Shown here piece by piece: positions 37,006 to 48,345 of a stretch of 64,000 nucleotides of DNA. The DNA is from Squalus acanthias (Eukaryota): contig CM059432.1 in assembly GCA_030390025.1 (NCBI GenBank), positions 11,470,001 through 11,534,000 of the forward strand. Reading direction: 5' to 3'. Under the pieces are notes generated by a model, which was not told where the DNA came from, did no database searches, and was given only the letters and a program-made list of their open reading frames with translations. Both the position numbers and the translations under genes were made by a program. Numbering within the stretch: position 1 is the stretch's first letter; the number at the start of each line of letters is the position of its first letter.

Positions 37006-37011
37006 GGGAAC

Positions 37012-37437
37012 GGTAGCATAGTGGTTATGTTGTTGGACTAGTAATCCAGAGGCTTGGACTAATGATCCGGAGATGTGAGTTCATAATCCCACCGCGGCAG
37101 CTGCTGCGGGAATTTAAATGCAGTTAATTAAATAAATCTGGAATTAAAAAGCTGGCATCAGTAACGGTGACCATTGTCGTAAAAACCCATCTGGTTCACT
37201 AAATATCCTTCAGGGAAGGAAATCTGCCGCCCTTAACCTGGTCTGGCCTATATGTGACTCCAGATCCACAGTTTGACTCTTAGCTGCCCCTCTGAAATGA
37301 CCTAGCAAGCCACTCAGTTGCACAAAGAAGTATACTAAGACCTTCACCATAAGGACTGAAGGCTCACCACCACCTTCTCGAGGGCAATTAGGGATGGGCA
37401 ACAAATACTGGCCTTGCCAGCGACGCCCACATCCCGG
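37012..37437 (+). mobile_element. tRNA-derived Meta-type SINE
   Basis: tRNA head; core aaaaacccatctggttcactaa..ccttcagggaaggaaatctgcc..ctggtctggcct..tgtgactcc; tail shared with the LINE at 27500. Confidence 0.7.
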
Positions 37438-37467
37438 GAGCCTCCCTCATGAATCACAGCCTGTGCA

Positions 37468-38997
37468 AGCCTAGGGTACTTAATGAAGTGGCCCTAGAAA
37501 TAGTAGATGCATTGCTGATCATCTTCCAACATTCGATGGAATCTGGAACAATACCCATGGATTGGAGGGTAGCTAATGTTACCCCACTATTCAAAAAAGG
37601 TGGTAGAGAGAAAACGGGGAATTACAGACCGGTAAGCCTGACATCGGTAGTGGGGAAAATGCATTATAAAAGATGTAATAGCAGAGCACTTGGAAAACAG
37701 TGACAGGATCGGACAAAGTCAACATGGATTTACAAAAGGTAAATCGTGCTTGACTAATCTACTGGAATTTTTTGAGGATGTAACTGGTAAAATAGATAAG
37801 GGTGTATTTGGACTTTCAAAAGGCTTTCAATAAGGTCCCGCATAAGAGATTAGTGTGTAAAGTTAAAGCACATGGGATTGGGGGCAAGGTATTGACTTGG
37901 ATAGAGAACTGGTTGGCAGACAGAAAGCAAAGAGTTGGAATAAACGGGTCTTTTTCCGAGTGGCAGGCAGTGACTAGTGGGGTACCGCAGGGATCGGTCC
38001 TTGGACCCCAGCTATTCACAATATATATTAATAATCTAGACAAGCGAACTAGATGTAATATCTCCAAGTTTGCAGACGACACAAAGCTGGGTGGGCGTGT
38101 GTGCTGTGAGGAGGATACCGAGAAACTCCAGGATGATTTGGACAGGTTGGGTGAGTGGGCAGAAGCATGGCAGATGCAATATAACGTGGATAATTGCGAG
38201 GTTATCCACTTTGGTGTCAAAAACAGGAAGGCAGATTATTATCTGAATGGCAATAGATTGGGAGAAGGGGAAGTGCAACGAGACCTGGGTGTCCTTGTGC
38301 ACCAGTTGCTGAAGGTAAGCATGCAGGTACCGCAGGCGGTTAAGAAAGCAAATGGTATGTTGACCTTCGTAGCGAGAGGGTTTGAGTACAGGAACAAGGA
38401 TGTCTTGCTGCAGTTGTACAGGGCCTTGGTGAGACCACATCTTGAGTATTGTGTGCAGTTTTAGTCGCCTTATCTGAGGAAGGAGGTTCTTGCCATGGAA
38501 GGAGTTCAGCGAAGATTCACCAGCTGATACCTGGAATGGCAGGAATGACGTATGAGGAGAGATTGGGTCGATTGGGCTTATACTCGCTGGAGTTTAGAAG
38601 AATGAGAGGGGATCTCATTGAAACTTATAAAATTCTGACAGGACTAGACAAACTAGATGCAGGGAGGATGTTCCCGATGGTCGGGAAGTCCAAAACCAGG
38701 GGTCACAGTCTAAGGATAAGGGGTAAGCCATTTTGGACAGAAATTAGGAATTTCTTCACCCAGAGGGTGGTGAACCTGTGGAATTCTCTACCAGAGAAGG
38801 CAGTAGAGGCCAATTCATTAAATATATTCAAGAAGGAGTTGCATATATTTCTTACGGCTAAAAGAATCAAGGGATATGGGGAGAAAGCAGGGACAGGGTT
38901 CTGAATTTGGATGATCAGCCATGATCGCATTGAATGGCGGAGCAGGCTCGAGGGACCGAATGGCCTACTCCTGCACCTATCTTCTATGTTTCTATGT
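37468..38997 (+). mobile_element. CR1 LINE (RT to 3' tail), degenerate
   Basis: YLDFQKAF, SGVPQGSVLGP, KFADDTKL; (ttctatgt)n tail. Confidence 0.92.
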
Positions 38998-39864
38998 AAG
39001 TACTGTTCACCTTACAGCTGTCTATTGTAAGGAGAGGGTTAATCAGACTGTCTTGAAATCTACTAGTATGGTGCTGCTATTTATTATTCTGTCATTCTAA
39101 CAGTGCACTATGAGAGAAAGACTTCCGACTATTTCTTTTTGAATGTGTTCCTCGAATAAGAGAGGTGATATCCTTTATCAGACAGCTCATTCAGTTCATT
39201 TATATGTAAGTACTCTATTCACGTTTGACCAGCTTTAACCAGTAGAGGGCAATGTTTTGCCTTTTTTTAATTTCACGGGTCCTGAAACTGGGATAAACGA
39301 TCGGAAAAATAGTCAGACCCATATCTTCTCATTTGTGTTGTACAAGACAGAAATGAGCAACATTGCATGAACTAAAATCGTTGCAACACTGATGGTTATC
39401 AAAAGAAAAACAGCTCCTTGTGAAAGAGGGCTAATACTGTCGTATTCTTTATATTAACTCTTAGCTTCTGCCTGTTAAGTTTCTGTTCGAAGGCTGGAAA
39501 TGTCTGTTTCAGTTTCATTTCCAGTGTAGCTGAAGAGAGTTCAGCAGAGGCAAAAACAGACTTTCTTTGTGAGGTGGCTGCATCGACCTCCCTCGGTCTT
39601 GCAGCTGTGAGACAGTTGACAGGTTAATGGTCTCACCTGTTCGAGAAGTTGTCGCCAAGATGGCCAACTCCTCCGAAAACATTGTTAAGAAATGTGGTCA
39701 AGTATTGAGCCTCAGTAGCTGTCTCCAGTTGAATGATTTGAGTGACCGCTCAGCCGAAGGTGAAGCCCCGATAAAGTGTGCGGAGCGACTTCTGTTAAAG
39801 CTGGAGTTATGGCAGCTCATTGGATGAGGAAATGTGGAAACATGCGGATTCTCACGCAAGCAGA

Positions 39865-40140
39865 ATCTGTGCTCCTCCAATTCTGGCCTCTTGCGCAGCT
39901 TCATTTTAACCGCTCCACCATTGGCGGCCGTGCCTTCAACTGCCTAGGGCCTAAGCTCTGGAACTCCCTCCCTAAACCCCTCTACTTCTCCTCCTTTAAG
40001 ACGCTCCTTAAAACCTACCTCCATCTGTCCTAATATCGCCTTATGTGGCTCGGTGTCAAATTTTGTTTGATAACGCTCCTGTGAAGCGCCTTGGGACGTT
40101 TTACTACGTTAAAGGCGCTCTATAAATGCAAGTTGTTGTT
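39865..40140 (+). mobile_element. L2 3' end (further copies 41538-41920 and 51277-51622)
   Basis: GGRAFNCLGPKLWNSLP..FKTLLKTYL and L2 tail. Confidence 0.78.
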
Positions 40141-40317
40141 GAACGAACGAAAGGTTTAAAAGATGTGTGATTAGAATAGATACGTCAGAATTCGACGAGG
40201 CCTGATCAGCCGTTCCCCCTCGAGGCCGGAACTAGCGTGGGCGAATACTCTGGTAGACTCTCAAGGTATTGCTGTAAGTGTCCTGTTAAAGTGTATGAGT
40301 AATTATTGTCAAATAAT

Positions 40318-41037
40318 GGGCTATATTTTCCGATCGTACGGACTTACCTGAGGGCTCCCGAGGTGCGTACACTTCCGATCCTGGGCCTCTCCAAACTCGA
40401 AATGCGCAGGGCTCACGTATCCCAGAGGCACGTGAGGCTCGCAAGCGTCCCTGGGATCACGTGGGCCATGGGGAGCCAATAGGAGAAGGGAATCTCCCGT
40501 CATACACTTGACCGATAGACCTGTCAAATATATGAATGGAGATCACCCCAAAAACACAGTAAAACATTAATTACATTTAAAATAAAATCACTTTTTAAAA
40601 TGAGTTCAAATTACAGTAAATTAAATATTTGAAACAAAAATTTAATTTTTTGAAAAAATAATTAAAGTTTTTTATGGGGCTAAAAATAAACTTACCTTTT
40701 TAAAAGTTTTTTTAAATGATAAATGAGTGGGGGAAAAAAGATATTTAAACTTTTTTTCAACTCTTATGCTGGTAAAACCAGGCCTTATGCCTGCTTTTAC
40801 CAGGCGTAAGATTTCTAAGGGTTTTCTGTGAGCGGAGGTTCTCCAGAAAGCAGAACTTCCACCCCGGCAGAGGCCCTTCTCCCGGGCAGGCGTCCGATCT
40901 GTCAAGAGCATTCTTGACAGATCGGAAATGCCAGTTTTCAGCGCATGCGCTTCGCATGCCTGAAACCGGCATTTCCGATGTCCCTACGGGTGTGTACACA
41001 GCGCATACCCACCCGTAGGGATCGGAATATACGGCCC
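40318..41037. mobile_element. MITE (probably Harbinger-type), 720 bp, AAT TSD
   Basis: TIRs gggctatattttccgatc / gatcggaatatacggccc; AAT at 40315-40317 and 41038-41040. Confidence 0.78.
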
Positions 41038-42137
41038 AATAGTTTTCACTCTATGCTTAATACTCTGTAAACATCAACAATAAATGCTTTTGAACCCTAT
41101 TACTTTGAGGAGCAACTTATAAGTAAGAACACCCATTCCCTAACAGCTTCATGCATGATGAATGTAGTTCATAAACCCAGATTTCTGTAAATTGGGTAAA
41201 ATCAAGCAGAAATGAGGATGGACAACTGTAATACTGGTTCTCTGCCAATTTAGTGCCCCATGCGGCTTCCCACCAGCACTGCCTTCTGGTGACAGCGGCG
41301 CCACGAGTTTAAGAATTTGCATATGTTAATGAGTCCTAATGAAGTTTTCATGTCCTTAGCACCATTTTCTGACATTCGCACGGCTGTTTCATCAACATGC
41401 GCATATAAAACAGGTATCCAAGGTGGCTATTGACAGGAGTGCTGTTAAAGAGCTTTGGCTGAAGACTGCAAGGAAAATGTACTTCTTGGTGAATATTTAT
41501 CTTTATTAATATTTATATAATAAAAATAAGAACTACAGTGGCTCTCAGTTAAGCAACGCCTCGATTTTAAAATTCTCATCCTTGTTTTCAGATCCCTCCA
41601 TGGCCTCGCCAGCCCCACAACCCCCCCCCCCCCCCCCACTGAGATCTGCGCACTCCGCCAGTTCTGTTGCGCATCCCCGATTTTATTTCTCCACCATTGG
41701 CAGCCGTGCCTTCAGCTGCCTGGGTCTAGGCTCTGGAATTCACCCCATAAACCTCCTTTAAGACGCTCCTTAAAACCTAGCTCTTTGACCATGCTTTTGG
41801 TCAGCTGCCCTAACATCTTATATGGCTCGGTGTCAAATTTTGTTTTGATAAACGCTCCTGTAAAGCGCCTTGGGATGTTTTACTACGTTAAAGATGCTAT
41901 ATGAATACAAGTTGTTGTTATCCTTTGTTTTGTTTCCTATTGTTTTCACTTAGGTGTTCTATTACCTTTATGGCAGCCTTCGGGTCAGTGATATTATTGT
42001 CCCAATCTCATTGTTATTACCACAATGGGAATTCCTCGTATTTTGTGTCTTTCGGAGCAACAGAATGGTGTTAGATAAGTCAGACTGGATCAAAGACGCT
42101 GTGCCCTGTTAGTACCCTTGCAATCCCCATTTACAAA

Positions 42138-42222
42138 AGTGAGAAGTCGCACAACACCAGGTTATAGTCCAACAGCTTTATTTGAAATCACAAGCTTTCG
42201 GAGCGCTGCTCCTTCGTCAGGT
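42138..42222 (-). mobile_element. Penelope pLTR fragment with hammerhead core
   Basis: Near-identical to 11333-11416. Confidence 0.85.
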
Positions 42223-42229
42223 TCACCGA

Positions 42230-45170
42230 CGAGTCTAAGACTTATTTCAAGTGTGGGAAGACGGGACACTGGAGGCGGGATTGCCCGGCCCAAAAGGGGG
42301 GGTCAAGCCGAGGGGGTCCTCCCGTGCGAAAACCCCAGGTCACCGAGGCGAAGGAAGCGACCAATGAACCATTTGATGTTCTGGTGGCCGCCCTTCACAA
42401 GGTGCTGGGGAAGGACAAAGGAAGGCTAGACGCTGCCGTGAGCAGCATAACGCCGACCGCACCCACATGTCCCCCTTCATCCTGACTAGAACGCGCCCAG
42501 CCTGAGTACCTGTGTCCGCTCACATATGATGAGTGGGACAGGCCCTGTGTTAAGATGGGGGTGGAGACGGTGCAGGGGAGATATTTGGTGGACACCGGAG
42601 CTTCCAGCACGGTGGTCCATTCGAAGGACCCAACCAATTCACCCTGGTCTAACAAGGTCCCATTTAGCCTAATGGGATTCACAGGGAACGAGCAGGCGGG
42701 GGCAATGTCCAAACCCCTTAGAATAGAGCTAGGGTCCCTCCGCACCAAGTGGAAGTGCGTGCTAATGAAATGGGAGCAACCAGGGTGGGGAGTCCTCGGG
42801 GCTGATTTCATGTTAGCCAACCGGATCATTGTGGACCTGAGGAATCACTGCCTGTGGGGGACAGTGGTCTCGGACAAGACAGAGGAGGTGATAGTGATCC
42901 CCAGAGATAAGGGAGGAGGGGGTAGTGTATGCACCATGAAACCCAAAGGGAGTTACGACCTGGAACAGTTGGTTAGTAGCGCCCCAGCCCAGTACCAGGC
43001 GAATGTACGGGACAACCTCGCTGCATTCGCCACCCATAAACACGATTGTGGCAGGGTGACCGGGGTAGAGGTCCAGGTGCAAGGGGACCCCATGTCATAG
43101 AAACATAGAAACATAGAATCTAGGAGCAGGAGTAGGCCATTCGGCCCATCGAGCCTGCTCCACCATTCAATACGATCATGGCTGATCATCCAAATCCAGT
43201 ACCCTGTCCCTGCTTTTGTGGCCCATGTCTAGGCCACAAAAGCAGTATAGTTTCCCCCGGGAGGCAGAAGCCGACTTGGAGACGGCACTGGGATCCCTGG
43301 TAAACAGGGGGTGTTGAGACTAATAGCCACCCACGTGAACTCACCACTCTGGCCGGTGAAGAAACCCGACCAGTCGTGGAGAGCCACCGTGGACTATCGG
43401 GTCCTTAATAAGAACATCCCAGTTTGCGCGCCCTCAGTCGCAGCTGTCGCCGATCTGATAGGGAGCATTCCAGCAACCGCAACCACATTCACAGTGCTGG
43501 ATATCTCCAACGGGTTTTGGTCGATTCCCCTCAGACGGGAAGACCAATACAAATTTGCATTCACTTTTAAAGGGCAGCAGTATACATGGACATGCCTTCC
43601 CCAGGGGTTCCACAACAGCCCCTCCATATTCCACGAATGCATGGCAGACGCATTAAAAGGCTTCAGCCGACCCCACCAGTTAATCCGGTACGTGGACGAC
43701 CTGCTTTTGTTCTCCGCAGAGGGGGAGAACCATGGGCCACTGCTGGACGAGCTGCTAAAGCTGTTGCAGGAGGCGGGGTTCAAGATCAACCCCAAGAAAG
43801 CCCAGATCGGCCAGGAGGAAGTCAAATTCCTCGGGCTGACCGTAAGGGCTGGTGAAAGGGCCATAGACGAGGCTAGGAGGAAGGCAGTACAGGAGCTACC
43901 AGCCCCCAAGAATGTGACCAGAGTAAGGTCTTTTCTGGGACTCACAGGGTACTGCTGGGACTTCATAGAGGGTTACGCAGCCACGGCAGCCCCTCTGCTT
44001 CGGCTCCTCTGCAAGGGAGTCGAGTGGGAGTGGGATCAGAACTGCCAGGAAGCGTTCACTCGCCTCAAAGGGGATTTGCAGACGGCACCCGCATTGGGAG
44101 CCATTAACGGTGGGGAAGAATTCTTCTTAGAGGTAGCAGCCAGTGGGGATAACTTGAGCGCGGTGTTGCTCCAGGAGCGACACGGCAAGCTACGGCCTGT
44201 GGTATACTCATCTAGGGTTCTCACCGAGGTAGAACGGGGATATTCCAACTGCGAGAGGCACCTCCTAGCCACGCATTGGGCCGTAAAACACTCAGCTTTT
44301 TACGGGTTCATTCCCAATAGTTCTCTTGATCCACCACACACCCACACAGATGCTGTTGGACGGGAGAATCAAAGATGGGACGGTGAGCAGTGCCCGCATT
44401 GCTCGCTGGACATTACTGCTCTCACAGTTGAACTTGAGAGTGCAGGGGTTGATCGAGCCAAAGCTAGCAGCCAACATGATTTACCCAGGGACGGCCCACA
44501 CGTGTACGGTAGAAGGGGTGTGGGATGTAGATGAAGGATTCCGGGCCGGGATACACCCGAGGGGCTGGGACATCTATATAGACGGGTCCAGTTCGGTCGT
44601 GAAGGGGGAGCGTCTCACCGGGTGCAGAATCTATGACCCTACGGCTAAAATAGCGAAGGCCATTAAACTCCCCAACACCCTGAGCGCTCAGCACACCGAA
44701 CTGGTGGCGGTGGTGTACGTGGTCACCCACCCCGACGAGTTCCCCACCCCCTACACCATTTGCTCGGACTCTATGTTCACGTGCAACTCATGCACGGAAT
44801 ACTTGCAATCTGGGTCAGGTGCGGATTCAAGTCCGCAGATGGGAAGCCCCTAGCAACAGCACCGCTGCTAGGTAAAATTTTGGAGGCCACAGGCACCCGG
44901 GGAGATCACTATATTCACACAGTTAAAGCCCATTCAAAGACAGAGCCCAAGTGGGAGGGCAACCAAAAGGCAGACGAGCTGGCCAAACAGGGGGCCAGGG
45001 AAGGCGCATTCTGGGATCCGTACAAAGCAGGTCCGGTAGCAACAATCCAGGACAAGGGAGGCACACAGTGGGTAGCTTTGACCCCGGACTTAAAGCAGGT
45101 CCAAGCCCAGGATCCCGTCCTTAAGGCTGTCCTGGTAAAGAGAGAGAATGGGGAGTCCATAGACGGTCCG
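42230..45170 (+). mobile_element. Endogenous retrovirus fragment: gag end, protease, RT, tether, RNase H (no LTR, integrase or env seen)
   Basis: Knuckle YFKCGKTGHWRRDC; protease LVDTGAS; RT LDISNGFW..LPQGFHNSP..YVDDLL; tether LRPVVYSSR; RNase H YIDGS..SAQHTEL..SDS..VKAH..GNQKADELAK; frameshifts near 43305, 44290 and 44805. Confidence 0.9.
43097..43221 (-). mobile_element. Short CR1-type 3' tail inserted into ERV pol
   Basis: (catagaaa)n tail; TSD CCCATGTC at 43089-43096 and 43222-43229. Confidence 0.85.
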
Positions 45171-45345
45171 GAGCGGGATCAGGAATTTCACAGGCCAAGT
45201 GTCAGTTCCAGAAACTGAGCCAAATCTGAACTGAATTCAATATATTGAACATTAAAGATATTGAAGAAAGTCTCTATTATGCATTCTAGTCCAGAAAAGC
45301 ACTGAATTAACACAGCTGTCAATCAAGTAAGTTCAAAGACACAAT

Positions 45346-46065
45346 GGTCCAGATTTTGCTGTAATAATAATGGCAAGGCCACCAGCGCTCGCCATTATTA
45401 CAAGGTAAATCTGACAGCAACTTCCGGCATCCGCACATGCACAGTTAAACATGGAAATCCAGAAGTTGCTTTCAGAGATACCCCAATCCTTCACAGGGTG
45501 CGATTTTGCCGTCCTCACTGATAGACTCGACACTAAAATCACTGTAATAGTGTAAACTTGGGGTACTTACCCACTAGTTCTGCACTAAAGACGGCTGTAA
45601 AAGTTAGGACTCGTGCATTTAGGAGTGAATTTTTAACGGAGTAATAATACTGCTGAACAACCTCTCTGGCCCTGAAAAATTAATTTTACAAGTGTGGAGT
45701 CTCATTCCCTCAGAAGATAATTAATCTTGCAGATTTTTCTGTCTGCCTCTCTTATCTTTCTCCGTTAATCTCATCTGTATTTACCAATCTTTATTTTGCT
45801 TTCTGTAGATGATTTAAAACTCATTTATACGTCTTGCTTTATACTTCCTGGTTTGGATTCTGCGTGGCTCAGTGAGGATTCTTCAATCTGATTGGTTGAA
45901 GAGCCTCACTGGTGCCTGTCCTGTTCACAGATGCCACAGATCCCCTGTAGAGGGCGCTGCGTGGAAAAAGATGCCGGATTTGTGAAAATCTATGCTGACA
46001 AGCCCACGAAAACTCTGTGGGCAACTGTTGAATGGTGAATGCCGTTCCTTTGCCAAATTCGGGCC
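45346..46065. mobile_element. MITE (probably Harbinger-type), 720 bp, AAT TSD
   Basis: Imperfect TIRs ggtccagattttgc / gccaaattcgggcc; AAT at 45343-45345 and 46066-46068. Confidence 0.65.
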
Positions 46066-46156
46066 AATATCTCATTCTATGCATAGGGTCACTTAATGAG
46101 TCATGGTTCACACCTTGTTCAATCTTACATATATATTAACGCTTTGACTAACTATA

Positions 46157-47925
46157 AGAACCCCCAGCTTCTGTCGTGACACTACAGACTTCTTGCAGAA
46201 ACTCAGCACCCATGGACCAGTTGAACCAGGAACACTCCTCGTCACAATGGACGTATCGGCACTCTACACCAATATCCCCCACAATGACGGCATCGCTGCG
46301 ACAGCCTCAGTACTCAACACCAACAACAGCCAATCTCCGGACGCCATCCTACAACTCATCCGCTTCATCCTTGACCACAATGTCTTCACCTTCGACAACC
46401 ATTTTTTTACCCAAACACACGGAACAGCCATGGGGACCAAATTCGCACCCCAATACGCCAACATCTTCATGCACAAGTTCGAGCAAGACTTCTTCGCTGC
46501 ACAGGACCTCCAACCAACGCTGTACACCAGATACATCGACGACATCTTCTTCCTTTGGACCCACGGCGAAGGATCACTGAAAGGACTACACGATAGCATC
46601 AACAGGTTCCATCCCACCATCAAACTCACCATGGACTACTCCTCAGAATCGGTTTCATTCTTGGACACACGAATCTCCATCAAAGACGGACGCCTCAGCA
46701 CGTCACTCTACCGCAAGCCCACGGACAACCTCACGATGCTCCACTTCTCCAGCTTTCACCCTAACCACGTTAAAGAAGCCATCCCCTATGGACAAGCCCT
46801 GCGAATACACAGGATCTGCTCAGACGAGGAGGAACGCAATGGACACCTACGGACACTGAAAGACGCCCTCGTAAGAACGGGATATGACGCTCGACTCGTC
46901 GATCGACAGTTCCGACGGGCCACAGCGAAAAACCGCATAGACCTCCTCAGAAGACGAACACGGGACACAACCAACAGAGTACCCTACGTCGTCCAGTACT
47001 TCCCCGGAGCGGAAAAACTACGCCATGTTCTTCGCAGCCTTCAACATGTCATCGATGACGACGAACACCTTGCTAAGGCCATCCCCACGCCTCCACTACT
47101 CGCCTTCAAGCAGCCGCCTAACCTCAAAAGTACCATCGTTCGCAGCAGATTACCCATCTTTCAGGAGAACAGCAACCACGACACCACACAACCCTGCCAC
47201 GGCAACCTCTGCAAGACATGCCAAATCATGGACACAGATACCATCATCACACGTGAGGACACTACCCACCAGGTACATGGTACATACTCATGTGACTCGG
47301 CCAACGTTGTCTACCTGATACGTTGCAGTAAAGGATGCTCCAGAGCATGGTACATCGGCGAGACCATGCAGACACTGAGACAACGTATGAACGGACACCG
47401 CGCAACAATCGCCAGGCAGGAGGGTTGCCTCCCAGTCGGGGAACACTTCAGCAGTCAGGGGCATTCAGCCTCGGATCTGCGGGTAAGCGTTCTCCAAGGC
47501 GGCCTTCGGGATACACGACAGCGCAAAATCATAGAGCAGAAACTGATAGCCAAGTTCCGCACTCATGAGGATGGCCTCAATCGCGATATCGGGTTCATGT
47601 CACGATACAGAACGTGACTTGACATCATGGCCGGTCTTTCCAGGTTTTGTTTTAAAAAGACTAACACAAATGGAGAGGATATGCAGCCAGCAGGTGTTTT
47701 GACACGTTGGACCCCCTGGGACACATCTCATTGTCTTGGCTGTGCTCTTAGTGTGTCTTTGATGTAGGGAAAGATTTGAATAGATTTTCTCTGTGTTTAT
47801 ATTGTGAATTCTGGGAGATTCTCTCACAGCTACCCTACCTGAGGAAGGAGCGAGCAGCTCCGAAAGCTTGTAAAATTAAATAAATCTGTTGGACTATAAC
47901 CTGGTGTTGTGCGACTTCTCATTTT
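46157..47925 (+). mobile_element. Penelope-like element, 5'-truncated, uninterrupted RT plus GIY-YIG ORF (46193-47617) and pLTR
   Basis: TMDVSALYTNIP, GTAMGT, RYIDD, CxxC linker, VVYLIRC..WYIGET..LRQRMNGHR, GLNRD; pLTR with hammerhead and AATAAA. Confidence 0.93.
47836..47872 (+). ncRNA. Minimal hammerhead ribozyme motif in Penelope pLTR
   Basis: TAC-CTGAGGA-A-GGAGC-gagca-GCTCC-GAAA-GCTT-GTA. Confidence 0.72.
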
Positions 47926-48097
47926 TATAATTAGATCAGCAACTAGGACAAGGCATCATAGCTCATCTATTGATCAAAGAACCTGCCTGTGTTCCTGCAG
48001 ACAACTTATCGCGTGTGGATATTCTCAAAGGGTTTTGTGCATCGATTGGTTTCTTATCCCAAATACAAAAAACTCTTTAAAAAATCCAGATATTCAT

Positions 48098-48345
48098 TAA
48101 GACTGAGATGAGGAGGAATTTCTTCGCTCAGAGGGTTGTGAATCTTTGGAATTCTCTACCCCAAAGGGCTGTGGATGCTGAGTCGTTGAGATCGATAGAT
48201 TTTTGGACTCTAGGGGAATCAAGGGATATGGAGATCGGACGGGAAGGTGGAATTGAGATTGAACATCAGCCATGATCTTATTGAATGGCGGAGCGGGCTC
48301 GACTGGCCTTATGGCCTACCCCTGCTCCTAATTCTTATGTCCTTA
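48098..48345 (+). mobile_element. CR1 3' end
   Basis: gactgagatgaggaggaatttcttc..aatggcggagc..cttatgt. Confidence 0.8.

Noticed and set aside
43394..43966. 190-aa antisense ORF over the ERV RT
   Set aside because: Typical shadow ORF of coding sequence; no independent features
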